A stretch of 27,445 nucleotides of DNA, from the NCBI GenBank assembly GCA_021163455.1, contig JAGGWT010000027.1, forward strand, positions 1-27,445, given 5' to 3'. The notes under the pieces are model-generated. The model was not told the origin of the DNA and made no database searches. It saw only the letters and a list, made by a program, of their open reading frames with translations. The stretch comes from Thermoplasmata archaeon (GTDB lineage: Archaea; Thermoplasmatota; E2; DHVEG-1; B18-G2). Numbering within the stretch: the stretch's first letter is position 1; each line of letters opens with the position of its first letter. Positions 8,976-18,284 of this stretch are shown piece by piece. The position numbers and the translations under genes were made by a program.

Positions 8976-10892
8976 TTAAATTTTAACGACACCCTCTATC
9001 TTTTCCGCCTTTTCGGAGGCTGCTGGAAGTGTGAAGTAGAATGTTGAACCCTTCCCTAGACCACCACTTTCCGCCCATATTCTTCCGCCGTGCTTTTCTA
9101 CAAGTTTTTTGCATATGGATAACCCAACCCCAACAGAGGAGAGGTCATGACCGGACTTATCAGCTTTGTAAAATTCATCAAATATATGTTCTATCTGCTC
9201 TTTTGTCATCCCTCTCCCATTGTCTCTGACAAATATCCTGACCATCCCATCCTCTCTTTCAGCTCCGATATGAATCATTCCACCATCTGAACTGTACTTG
9301 ATGGCGTTGGATATCAGATTATCAAAAATTTCTCTGAGTCTGATTCTGTCTGCTCTGACAACGATATTTCTGTCTATGGATATTCTCACATTTATGTTCC
9401 TCTTTGCCATCTCCATTTTGTAATTCTCGACAATCTCCTCGACATGCTCCCTGAGGTTGAGGTTCTCCATGGACAGTCTGGCCTTATCGGTTTTGAGTAA
9501 TTGCAGTGTATCGGCTATCAGCTTTTTCATGTAATTCGCATTCTTTATACATATATCCAGAAGTTCCACGGCTTTGGAATCACTGACACGTTCTCTGACA
9601 AGTGGCAGAAGGGTGCACAGCGGCGTCAGCGGCGTCTTTATATCGTGACTTATCTGTATCAGAAGCTCCTCCTTTGCTTTCAGCAATTTTTCAACCTGGG
9701 ATGTTCTCTCCCTGACCTTTTCTTCCAATTTTCTGTTCAGTTCTTCCAGTTCCTTGTTCTTTCTCCTGATCTCTTCCCTTGCCTTCTTCAGCTTCTCTAT
9801 GTTTTCTCTCAAATCTTCCATTATGTTAAGGTATGCACGCTTTGCTCTTTCCAGTTCCTTCACTTTCTCCGATAACTGCTGCTCCATCTCTTTCCTGTCC
9901 GTTACATCTCTGTAAGAACTGATGAACATCACTATTCTCCCATTCTCCCTCACTGTGGATAGGGACTGAGAAACCCATTTGATCCTTCCATCTTTTGTTA
10001 TGACACGAAACTCTATCGGTTTATCAGCAAAACCTTTCTCCATGACACTCCTATAGTATGATGAAACTAAACCCACATCTTCGGGGTGTATTATATTCGT
10101 CTGCCAGAGCGTTTTCCCTATAAATTCCTCTGGTCCGTAACCAAAAAGGTTTTTGCAGGAGGGACTAACATATGTTATTATTCCATCAGAATTACTCACC
10201 ACGATAACATCACTGGTATGCTCTACTATTATACGGTATCTCTCTTCACTCAGTTTGAGTTTCCTCTCTGTCTCTTCAAGCCTCTTCATCAGGCTAAAGT
10301 AGGATTCTATCCCTTCTTTTGGAGAGGCCCTCCTGAATATCATGGAGAGAAAGACGTAGGCCATGGTGAATGAAAAGACAGCCAGTTCAGGAATATCATG
10401 AGCTATGCCGATGCTGGCTGTTGTGAAGCATACGAGGGACATTCCAAACAGGAAAGCAGCCTCATTCTTTTTTCTCAGAAAAGAGTAGAAAGATATAATG
10501 ATCGTTTCGATGGCCAGAACCTTCCGTGCGATAGAGAGAACAGGTCTAACAGAGAGGGGAAGAAATGAAACAAGAAACAGAACAACCGTTACTCCAAGAA
10601 ACGCCTTGAAGGCTTTATCAAAATCTTCTATTTTGTATAGTGTTTCGATAACCGCGATAAGAATAGCTATCTGGAGTGGGACAGATGCCACGAGATACAA
10701 ATTGTAAAGGATTGTGTTTGGATGCGGGTATAGATCCAGCAGCATAGAAATGTAGTCGATGGAGGCAAGAATGAAAACAATAGAGAACATTAACTTCCTT
10801 TTGTCTCTATCTTCCAGGTAAAGTTTGATAAACCATGCAACCGTAACGTATATGGCAATAATTGGAATCAGCCAGAGAGGGCTTGGGAACAC
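8976..10892 (-). CDS. Sensor histidine kinase (about 7 TM - PAS - coiled coil - HisKA - HATPase_c)
   Basis: GTG start with AGGAGGTG RBS. PAS (IVEHTSDVI...YRDVTDRK), H-box SHDIKTPLTP (His416), NLISNAIKY, DNGRG and GVGLSIC. Confidence 0.92.
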   Translation of the reverse strand: MFPSPLWLIPIIAIYVTVAWFIKLYLEDRDKRKLMFSIVFILASIDYISMLLDLYPHPNTILYNLYLVASVPLQIAILIAVIETLYKIEDFDKAFKAFLGVTVVLFLVSFLPLSVRPVLSIARKVLAIETIIISFYSFLRKKNEAAFLFGMSLVCFTTASIGIAHDIPELAVFSFTMAYVFLSMIFRRASPKEGIESYFSLMKRLEETERKLKLSEERYRIIVEHTSDVIVVSNSDGIITYVSPSCKNLFGYGPEEFIGKTLWQTNIIHPEDVGLVSSYYRSVMEKGFADKPIEFRVITKDGRIKWVSQSLSTVRENGRIVMFISSYRDVTDRKEMEQQLSEKVKELERAKRAYLNIMEDLRENIEKLKKAREEIRRKNKELEELNRKLEEKVRERTSQVEKLLKAKEELLIQISHDIKTPLTPLCTLLPLVRERVSDSKAVELLDICIKNANYMKKLIADTLQLLKTDKARLSMENLNLREHVEEIVENYKMEMAKRNINVRISIDRNIVVRADRIRLREIFDNLISNAIKYSSDGGMIHIGAEREDGMVRIFVRDNGRGMTKEQIEHIFDEFYKADKSGHDLSSVGVGLSICKKLVEKHGGRIWAESGGLGKGSTFYFTLPAASEKAEKIEGVVKI

Positions 10893-10915
10893 CTGTCTCT
10901 ACACCTCCTGTAGGA

Positions 10916-12655
10916 TCAACCCTCCTCGACCACCTCATATTTCGGCTTTTCTCCGCACTTCCTGCGGAGTTCATCAATCTCTTTCTTGAGTTCTACCATT
11001 CGTAGCTCTCTATCAATGGTCAGATTATAAAATCTTTCAAGTTCCTCTATTTTCTCCTTCAGTTCCTTTTCCATTCTTTTTCTCTCACTTACATCTCTAA
11101 TAATGGCTACAGCATGCCATCTGTCTTTCATCCTGAATGCACCAACCGATAACTCCACTGGAAATTCTTCACCATTTTTTCTCAATGCAGTCACCTCTGT
11201 GGTTTTCCCGATAACTTGTCCCTTGCCACTTCTTCTAAATAGATCAAATCCTCTCCTGTAATCATCATGGTATCTTTTTGGTGCGCAGAGAAGATGGATA
11301 TCTTTACCTATTATCTCCTCAGCTTTATAACCAAATATCTTTTCAGCCTGCTTGTTCCAGAATATCACTCTACTCTCATCATCCATCATAACTATTGCAT
11401 CCTTTGCATGCTCAGCAATGGACTTGAAAATCTCTATATTTTCTCTCAGTTTACATTCCAATCTCTTGCGTTCCGAGATGTCATAGTATAACTCTACACA
11501 CCCTCCCGCATAAAGTCCCGTGCTAACTGGTTGACATTTGTACTCGAGCCATCTTTCTTCCCTGTTTTTCCCGGGCAAGACATGACATTCAAAGCTATCC
11601 ATCTTAAGATCGGTATCCATTGATAAAAGAACCCTCCTTTCGAACTCATCCGGATTTTCGAAAACGAATTTGATCTTTTCTCTGACAATTTCCTCCTTTT
11701 TCTTTCCAATGACCTCCTCCTTTTTAATACCGAAATAATTCTCAAGAGTATCGTTCATCCATACTACACGAGAGTCCTTATCAAGCAGGAAGAACCCAAC
11801 CTCCACAGCATTCATCACATCATCAGCTATAGATCTAAACTTTTCTTCAGATTCTCTCAATTTCCTTTCAGCCTCTATACGTTCTGTCACATCATGGTCA
11901 GCTCCTCTGTAACCAAGAAATTCTCCATCATCCGATAATATTGGCACACCATTTGTTTCTACTATTATGACTCTACCATCCTTGTGCATGAGTTTATTTA
12001 AAAAATTACGAAAGGGTTCTTTCTTTGAGAAAATCTCAAAAGCTTTCTTTCTCAAAATCTCCCTTTCTTCCGGAATGAAAAAATCATAGAAAAACTTGCC
12101 AATAACCTCCTCAGGCTTATAGCCAAGGATTTTCTCTACCACAGGGTTGGAATAGATATATCTCCCTTCTCTGTCAATCTCCCAGACCCACTCGCCGACG
12201 TGCGCCGCGATATCCTCGAACCTCTTTTTCTCTTCCCTTAATTTTTCTTCGAGTATTTTTCTATCCGTGATATCTCTGAAATGCTCAATAACTGCAACCA
12301 CATTATCCTTTCTGTCGGTAACCGGACACAGAAATACCTCAAACCACTCCTTTCTCCTCTCTTCCAGTTGTAATATAAGATGTTTGGATGATTTCGTTTC
12401 TATTATTTCTCTGAGGGGACATTCCGGGCATGCAGAACTTCTGCCACGAAGAACCTCATAACATTTCTTTCCCTTTACATCCTTTCCGTACCGGTTTTCT
12501 ATCCACTTGTTTGCCATTAATATATTGTTATCGAGATCCAAAATTGCCAGTCCTTCATGGCATCCTTCCATAATTGTGCGAACTATTTCTTTGTGGAGAG
12601 AGTCCTCTCCCAATTTGTCCCCATCTTCTACAAACGCATATTCTCTATCCCACAT
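10916..12655 (-). CDS. Cytoplasmic four-PAS/PAC protein with a C-terminal coiled coil and no kinase domain
   Basis: Four PAS/PAC units ending RDIT, HDVT, YDIS and RDVS; tail LERFYNLTIDRELRMVELKKEI. ATG 12655 with GGAGG RBS preferred over 12676. Confidence 0.88.
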   Translation of the reverse strand: MWDREYAFVEDGDKLGEDSLHKEIVRTIMEGCHEGLAILDLDNNILMANKWIENRYGKDVKGKKCYEVLRGRSSACPECPLREIIETKSSKHLILQLEERRKEWFEVFLCPVTDRKDNVVAVIEHFRDITDRKILEEKLREEKKRFEDIAAHVGEWVWEIDREGRYIYSNPVVEKILGYKPEEVIGKFFYDFFIPEEREILRKKAFEIFSKKEPFRNFLNKLMHKDGRVIIVETNGVPILSDDGEFLGYRGADHDVTERIEAERKLRESEEKFRSIADDVMNAVEVGFFLLDKDSRVVWMNDTLENYFGIKKEEVIGKKKEEIVREKIKFVFENPDEFERRVLLSMDTDLKMDSFECHVLPGKNREERWLEYKCQPVSTGLYAGGCVELYYDISERKRLECKLRENIEIFKSIAEHAKDAIVMMDDESRVIFWNKQAEKIFGYKAEEIIGKDIHLLCAPKRYHDDYRRGFDLFRRSGKGQVIGKTTEVTALRKNGEEFPVELSVGAFRMKDRWHAVAIIRDVSERKRMEKELKEKIEELERFYNLTIDRELRMVELKKEIDELRRKCGEKPKYEVVEEG

Positions 12656-12794
12656 CCCCTCCACAGTAAAACACATAACTTATTGTATATAAAAGTTTAA
12701 CTGCAATTTTCTGAAATCATCCAGCTGGAAAGCATAACAACGCTTATATACAGTTAAACCAATCTCGTTTCGTCAGAGGGAGAGGAGGATAGAA

Positions 12795-13655
12795 ATGGTT
12801 GATAAGAGTGTAATGGGCATACCCAAGGATATAATCGATATAAACGCATTTAGAGAAAGCATCCAGCAGGTTACTTCACAGCTGGAGCAGATAAGAAGTT
12901 CGTTTTATCAGGGTGTCGAGGAGATAGAGAGGATAAAGAAGATACTGAACTCAGAACATATAGGCAGGTTTTCGGACATAATAACAGAATATGAAACTCA
13001 GCTGACAAGGATGGAAAAGGAGAGAAACGAGGCAATAGAGAATGCAAGGAAATACAGCCAGGAGCTTGAAAAAGAGAAGGAGCGATTGATCAAACTCTGG
13101 GATGCTTACAAACTTCAGGAAGATGAACTCAATGAAAGAGATAAAAGGATAGCCGAACTCGAAAGAAAGGTGAAAGAATACGAGAACAGATTGAGAGAGA
13201 CTGAGAAAGACCTGAGCAGCAGAATAGAAACACTCACCAGAAAACTGGAGGAGAAAGAGAACTTGCTGAAGGAGTATGATGACTTCAGAAGAAAGTATGC
13301 TCTCTACGAGGAGAAAAACAGAAAACTCCAGGAAGAAATCGACAATTTAAGAAACACACTCAACGAGAAAGAGAAGGAAATAACCCAACTCAAACAGATG
13401 GTCGATGAATTGAGCAAATACAGAGAATTCGAGGATTACAAGACAAAATATGAGAAACTGAACATAGAATTCAACAAAGAAAGGGAAAGACTCGTAAAAC
13501 TCTATAAATTATATGAGGACCTTGAGAGAGAAAACAACAAACTCAGGGAGGAGCTGAACGGCTGGCGCCAGTGGTACGAATCCAATGCTGAACTTCTGGA
13601 TAGACTGTTCAAATCCACAGAAGATATAAAGAAGAAACTTTCTTCAACCAAGTAA
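12795..13655 (+). CDS. Coiled-coil protein of unknown function
   Basis: 286 aa, E/K/L/R-rich heptads, strong RBS GAGGAGG, no ATPase motifs. Confidence 0.8.
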   Translation: MVDKSVMGIPKDIIDINAFRESIQQVTSQLEQIRSSFYQGVEEIERIKKILNSEHIGRFSDIITEYETQLTRMEKERNEAIENARKYSQELEKEKERLIKLWDAYKLQEDELNERDKRIAELERKVKEYENRLRETEKDLSSRIETLTRKLEEKENLLKEYDDFRRKYALYEEKNRKLQEEIDNLRNTLNEKEKEITQLKQMVDELSKYREFEDYKTKYEKLNIEFNKERERLVKLYKLYEDLERENNKLREELNGWRQWYESNAELLDRLFKSTEDIKKKLSSTK

Positions 13656-13656
13656 C

Positions 13657-15765
13657 TCACTCTATAACAACTCTGCTTACCCCTTCCTCATCTTCATATA
13701 CTGTGATAGCGTTTGTTACCATCTGTTTAATCTCATCTATATGTGTTATTATAAAAATCTGCTTGAATCTGTTGGATAGGGCATTCAGTGCATTCAGTAT
13801 GTTCCTGCGCCTGTTTATATCTTGGGAGCCAAAAATTTCATCGAGAATGATAAAGTTGAACTCTCCGCCCGCTCTATCTGCAAGCATCTGGGATATTGCA
13901 AGTCTTATGCAGAGGTTTGCAAGATCCTCTTCTCCTCCCGAAAATCTGCCTATCTCATAGGGTGTACCACCATCATATATCAGTATGTCATAGTTTTCGT
14001 TCAGTTCGAGTTCACTGTACTTTCCATCTGTAAGACCTTCCAGCAAACTGGATGCATACGCAGATAGAGTCGGTCTGATTCTCGATATCATGTCTATCCT
14101 GAACTCTCCCATCAGTTTTTCAAGAGTATTCAGCATGGAGAGTTTATCTTCCTCTTCCGATATTCTTCTTTTTATCTCTCTTATCTCTTCAACTCTCGCT
14201 CTCAATTCCTCTATTTTTTGTTTCAAAAGATTGAGTTCACCAAATATCTCTTTTATTTCTTCCTTTACTCCATCAACCTCTATCTGTTTTTTCCTTACTC
14301 TTTCGACGGCAAGTTTGTATCTCTCGTAATATTCCTTGACTTCTTTTTCCAGATTCCTGTAAACAGTTTCATCAAATTTTATCTCACCAAGCAGAGCAAT
14401 TTCCTTTTCTTTGATTTCAATCTCCTTTTCTTCCTTCTCTATCTCTCTGATCATGGAGTGGATCATGCCTTCTATCCTTCTCAGGGCCATTTTCTTTTTC
14501 AGGATGTACTCTCTTCTTCTGGACAGAGCCTCTTCCAGTTTTCTTTCCCTGCTCAGATCCTGTTCCAGATTCCTCAACCTCACTTCAATCTCAGATAGCA
14601 TATCAACCTTTTCCTTTATCTCCCTGTCAAACTTTTCTATCAGCCTCGAGTAATGCTCTCCCAAAACTCTCTCGCAAGTCGGGCATGTTGCTGACGGACC
14701 GAGAGATTCTATCTTTTTCTTGCGATCCTCTATTTTTCTTTTCTCTCTTTCTACAGCGTTCATATTTGTTCTTTCCTTTTCCATCTCGGTGAGAACATCT
14801 GATATCTTCATTCTCAACTTCTCGAGTTTTTTCTCAACATCCACAAATTCTTCTTCTACCTCTCCCATCTTGCTCTTTTCTCTCTCCTTTTCGAGAAGAT
14901 TCTGCCTCCTTTCCTTAAGAGACATCTTCAGCCTGAGAATTTCTCTCTCCAGATTTGCCTTTCTATCGAACAGTTCCTTTTTCTTCCTTTCCTCATCCAG
15001 CTTGCGCTGCAGAGATTCATATTCTTTTTCGATTCTATCTTTTTCCTTCTCCAGCATCTCCAGCTCCTTTGAGAGAACACCAAGATGATTTTTCTTTTCG
15101 GATATCCTCCTTTTTACCCTCTCCATCTCCTCAGAATTTTTCTTTATCTCTCTGAGGAAAACCTCCTCCTTATCCTCACCCGTTCTTTCATCCTTTAGAG
15201 AAATTCTCATATGTTGCAGAATATCTTGCGTCCTCCTTATATCAGCCCTTATGTTCTTTATCGCCTTGTCAATGGCATCTATTCCAAGCATTCTCATTAT
15301 GAGTTGTTTTCTTTCGCTTGCACTCATTGTAGAGAGCGCGTTGAGTTCCTTCTGTTTCGCAAAGACAGATGTAAAGAAAGTCTTTGCATCCATACCAAAG
15401 AGATTTTGGATGAATTTCGTCGTCGCCTCCGCCCCGCTAGCCACTGGACGGTTGTTGATGTAAGCGTAAGCGGATGGAGACAGATTTTTTCCGATCATCT
15501 CCCTGATGACCTTTATGTTATTTTGATTGAATACAAAATCAACTTCCACTCTGCACCTCTCTGTGGGGAGAGCTTTATCTCTTTTGATTTTATCAGATGA
15601 TGTCCTTGCTGCAACATGTCCATACAAAGCCCATGCAAAAGCCTCAAATATGGTCGATTTTCCAACACCATTCAATCCGAATATTCCGACAACTCCCTCT
15701 GGGAATTTTATTTCAACGTTCTTGAATTTCCTGAAATTCTGCATCTTTATCGATTTGAGAATCAT
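13657..15765 (-). CDS. rad50: Rad50/SbcC-type SMC-family ATPase
   Basis: Walker A GLNGVGKST, zinc hook CPTC, signature FSGGE, Walker B IILDE, H-loop ITH; ATGA overlap with mre11. Confidence 0.92.
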   Translation of the reverse strand: MILKSIKMQNFRKFKNVEIKFPEGVVGIFGLNGVGKSTIFEAFAWALYGHVAARTSSDKIKRDKALPTERCRVEVDFVFNQNNIKVIREMIGKNLSPSAYAYINNRPVASGAEATTKFIQNLFGMDAKTFFTSVFAKQKELNALSTMSASERKQLIMRMLGIDAIDKAIKNIRADIRRTQDILQHMRISLKDERTGEDKEEVFLREIKKNSEEMERVKRRISEKKNHLGVLSKELEMLEKEKDRIEKEYESLQRKLDEERKKKELFDRKANLEREILRLKMSLKERRQNLLEKEREKSKMGEVEEEFVDVEKKLEKLRMKISDVLTEMEKERTNMNAVEREKRKIEDRKKKIESLGPSATCPTCERVLGEHYSRLIEKFDREIKEKVDMLSEIEVRLRNLEQDLSRERKLEEALSRRREYILKKKMALRRIEGMIHSMIREIEKEEKEIEIKEKEIALLGEIKFDETVYRNLEKEVKEYYERYKLAVERVRKKQIEVDGVKEEIKEIFGELNLLKQKIEELRARVEEIREIKRRISEEEDKLSMLNTLEKLMGEFRIDMISRIRPTLSAYASSLLEGLTDGKYSELELNENYDILIYDGGTPYEIGRFSGGEEDLANLCIRLAISQMLADRAGGEFNFIILDEIFGSQDINRRRNILNALNALSNRFKQIFIITHIDEIKQMVTNAITVYEDEEGVSRVVIE

Positions 15766-16907
15766 GTATCCTCTCCCTCAGCCTCCTGCAGGTATTTCTT
15801 TCCAAGAGCGAGAAATTCCTTTTTATCTTTTAAATTCCTCTTGTCTATAAATTTTTCAAATTCCGTCAGGATATCGGATATCACAACTTCCGATGAAATC
15901 ACCTGATCAACTGTTTTACCTGCGGAGTGTCTGACTTCAAAGTGCATTGCTTTTGAGAACATGGAAGATATAGAGGACATATCTAGGGATTTGTAAACCG
16001 AGGGGTCAATATTGATAAGAAGCAATCTTACTATGCAGCCAGTAAAATCTCTGCCGGCAATCGAATCTTTTATAGTGTTCAAAATCTCTCTAGGTTTCAA
16101 ATCTTTACAGTCAATGGGACCAATCTCCAGCATTTTTCTTGTGGGTATCTGAACAAACTCTGTTGTTACAGATTTGGAGAGCTCTACAATCACGAAACCC
16201 TTCTCCTCGTTTATCTCATTGAAACTCATCTTCTCTGTAGAGCCAGAGTAAACGATGTTATTTCTTATTCTGGTAAATCCATGGTAATGACCCAGAGCCA
16301 CATAGTCAAAGCCCTTTGTTATCGTGGACAAGGGAATGATATACTCGTTTATCTCTCCCATCTTGAATACCTCTACACTCTGTACTGCTCCGTGGGTCAC
16401 CAGGATGTTGAAATCCGCCGAAGGGTCAGGTAAAGCAGATTCCAGTGACTCCATAAATTCATCCCTATCTCTGCAGTGAGGTACGGTGTGGATGGCGATA
16501 CTCTTGCCCTTAATTTCCAGATTTATTCTCTCAGCTTTGTTGTATATGGGGTATACATTTTCCAGATGTTCAAACAGTTTGAAGATATGCCCTGTACCTT
16601 TGAGCTTGGGTGTCTCGTGATTTCCCGCTATTATTATTGTCGGAATCCCCATCTTTGATAATCTGAGAATCTGCTCCAGAGCAACGCTAATTGCTCGATT
16701 TGTCGGTCTCACGTTATCAAAGAGGTCTCCAGCATGGATTACAATATCTGGCCTGATGTCAACTATACGATTCACGGTTTCAACAAACGCTTTGTAAATA
16801 TCTTTTTCTCTCAAATTAATGCCATCACTATCTATCTTCCTGTAGGCAGAATACCCCAGGTGAGTATCAGCAAAATGCACAATTCTGATCTCACTTTCTT
16901 CTTTCAT
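15762..16907 (-). CDS. mre11: Mre11/SbcD metallophosphoesterase nuclease
   Basis: HFADTHLG, AGDLFD, AGNHE, THG and LGHYH motifs. Confidence 0.92.
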   Translation of the reverse strand: MKEESEIRIVHFADTHLGYSAYRKIDSDGINLREKDIYKAFVETVNRIVDIRPDIVIHAGDLFDNVRPTNRAISVALEQILRLSKMGIPTIIIAGNHETPKLKGTGHIFKLFEHLENVYPIYNKAERINLEIKGKSIAIHTVPHCRDRDEFMESLESALPDPSADFNILVTHGAVQSVEVFKMGEINEYIIPLSTITKGFDYVALGHYHGFTRIRNNIVYSGSTEKMSFNEINEEKGFVIVELSKSVTTEFVQIPTRKMLEIGPIDCKDLKPREILNTIKDSIAGRDFTGCIVRLLLINIDPSVYKSLDMSSISSMFSKAMHFEVRHSAGKTVDQVISSEVVISDILTEFEKFIDKRNLKDKKEFLALGKKYLQEAEGEDT

Positions 16908-18243
16908 ACCTATACCTTACAACATTTGCTGCAAGGATCATTGGATCGAGGGTAGGTGCTATAGGAGGTGCATAGGATGTTTCAAGTTGTACAAAATCAT
17001 CGATTTTCATTCCGTTAACAATGGCGCAGGCAAGAGTGTTGATTCTCATCGCACTTCCTTCTCCAACTGCCTGGGAGGACACTATCCTTCCATCACCATC
17101 AACAGCGATTTTAACAGTCACATCCTTCCCGCCTGGGAAATAGTGAGGCAGATTCTTACCAGTGTATTTGCCGTGAACAATGTTTTCACCAAGCTCTTTG
17201 AGTAGAGGTCCTACCGCCGCTATCTCCACACCAAAGATTCTGGTTGTTCTCGTCTGAATAAATCCGGGAGGAAGACTTGCGTTACCTCCGGCAGCATTTA
17301 TGCCTGCTGTTATCCCCTGTCTGACCCCTATACTACCCAGACCAACAGGGAAGTGTTTTCCCGTAAGCAGATCTATATACTCTGTACAGTCTCCTGCGGC
17401 ATAGACATCCTTCACGCTCGTCATGCATCTATTGTCTACCACTATCCCTCCTTTTTCTCCTATTTTACAGCCGATTTTTCTACCAATGTCCACATTTGGC
17501 TTAATTCCAGTAGCTAGTATAACCATATCTGTTTCTATCCTTCTTTCCTCCCCTTCCTTTTCTATAACAATACCATCCACCTCATTTTCTCCTGTTATTT
17601 TTTTAACCCTGTGACCTGTGAGTATCTCCACTTTATCCTTTATGGCATCGAGTACAATCCTCGATATATCCTCATCCACCATTGAAGGAAGTATTTGGGG
17701 AAAGATTTCTACGACCCTGACCCTCTTCCCTTTTTCATGGAAAGCCTCAGCAAGTTCGAGACCTATCAGACCGGCGCCTATTATCGAGACATCATCAACC
17801 TTATCAAGATACTCTTTGATACCCTTGGCATCATCCAGAGTTCTCAACGAGAAGACACCCTTTTTCAAACCATCTCCATTGCGTACTCCTTCTATCGGAG
17901 GTACAGACGAATTTGCGCCGGTAGCGATAACGAGAGCATCATAACTTTTCTCTATCTGCTCCCCATCTTTCTCTGCGATGATGACTTTTTTCTCTGTATC
18001 GATCTCTGTCACAGTTGTTTCAAGATGTAGCTCTATTCCTGCTTTTTCGAACCACTCTTTGGAAAACTCTATGACATCTTTGACCTTACCGGAGATGAAG
18101 TAAGGAAGTGCGCACTTGGAGTACTGTGGATATTTCTCTCTCTCAAAAATGGTAACACTCGCTTTTCTATCTGTCTTCTTGGCAAACTGCGCCGCCGTCC
18201 CTCCTGCTGCTCCACCACCTATAATAACTATCCTTCTTTCCAT
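16891..18243 (-). CDS. CoA-disulfide reductase / NADH oxidase family flavoprotein
   Basis: IIGGGAAG, single redox Cys in YSKCALPY, IIGAGLIGLE, YAAGDC and SYAPP. ATG 18243, or TTG 18255. Confidence 0.88.
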   Translation of the reverse strand: MERRIVIIGGGAAGGTAAQFAKKTDRKASVTIFEREKYPQYSKCALPYFISGKVKDVIEFSKEWFEKAGIELHLETTVTEIDTEKKVIIAEKDGEQIEKSYDALVIATGANSSVPPIEGVRNGDGLKKGVFSLRTLDDAKGIKEYLDKVDDVSIIGAGLIGLELAEAFHEKGKRVRVVEIFPQILPSMVDEDISRIVLDAIKDKVEILTGHRVKKITGENEVDGIVIEKEGEERRIETDMVILATGIKPNVDIGRKIGCKIGEKGGIVVDNRCMTSVKDVYAAGDCTEYIDLLTGKHFPVGLGSIGVRQGITAGINAAGGNASLPPGFIQTRTTRIFGVEIAAVGPLLKELGENIVHGKYTGKNLPHYFPGGKDVTVKIAVDGDGRIVSSQAVGEGSAMRINTLACAIVNGMKIDDFVQLETSYAPPIAPTLDPMILAANVVRYRYERRK

Positions 18244-18284
18244 CAAAATCGCCAAGAAGTAAAAAATGAAATGGGTATAAAGAT

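Noticed and set aside
10330-10892. 7TM region of the second kinase as a microbial rhodopsin
   Set aside because: No retinal-binding Lys motif in helix 7.
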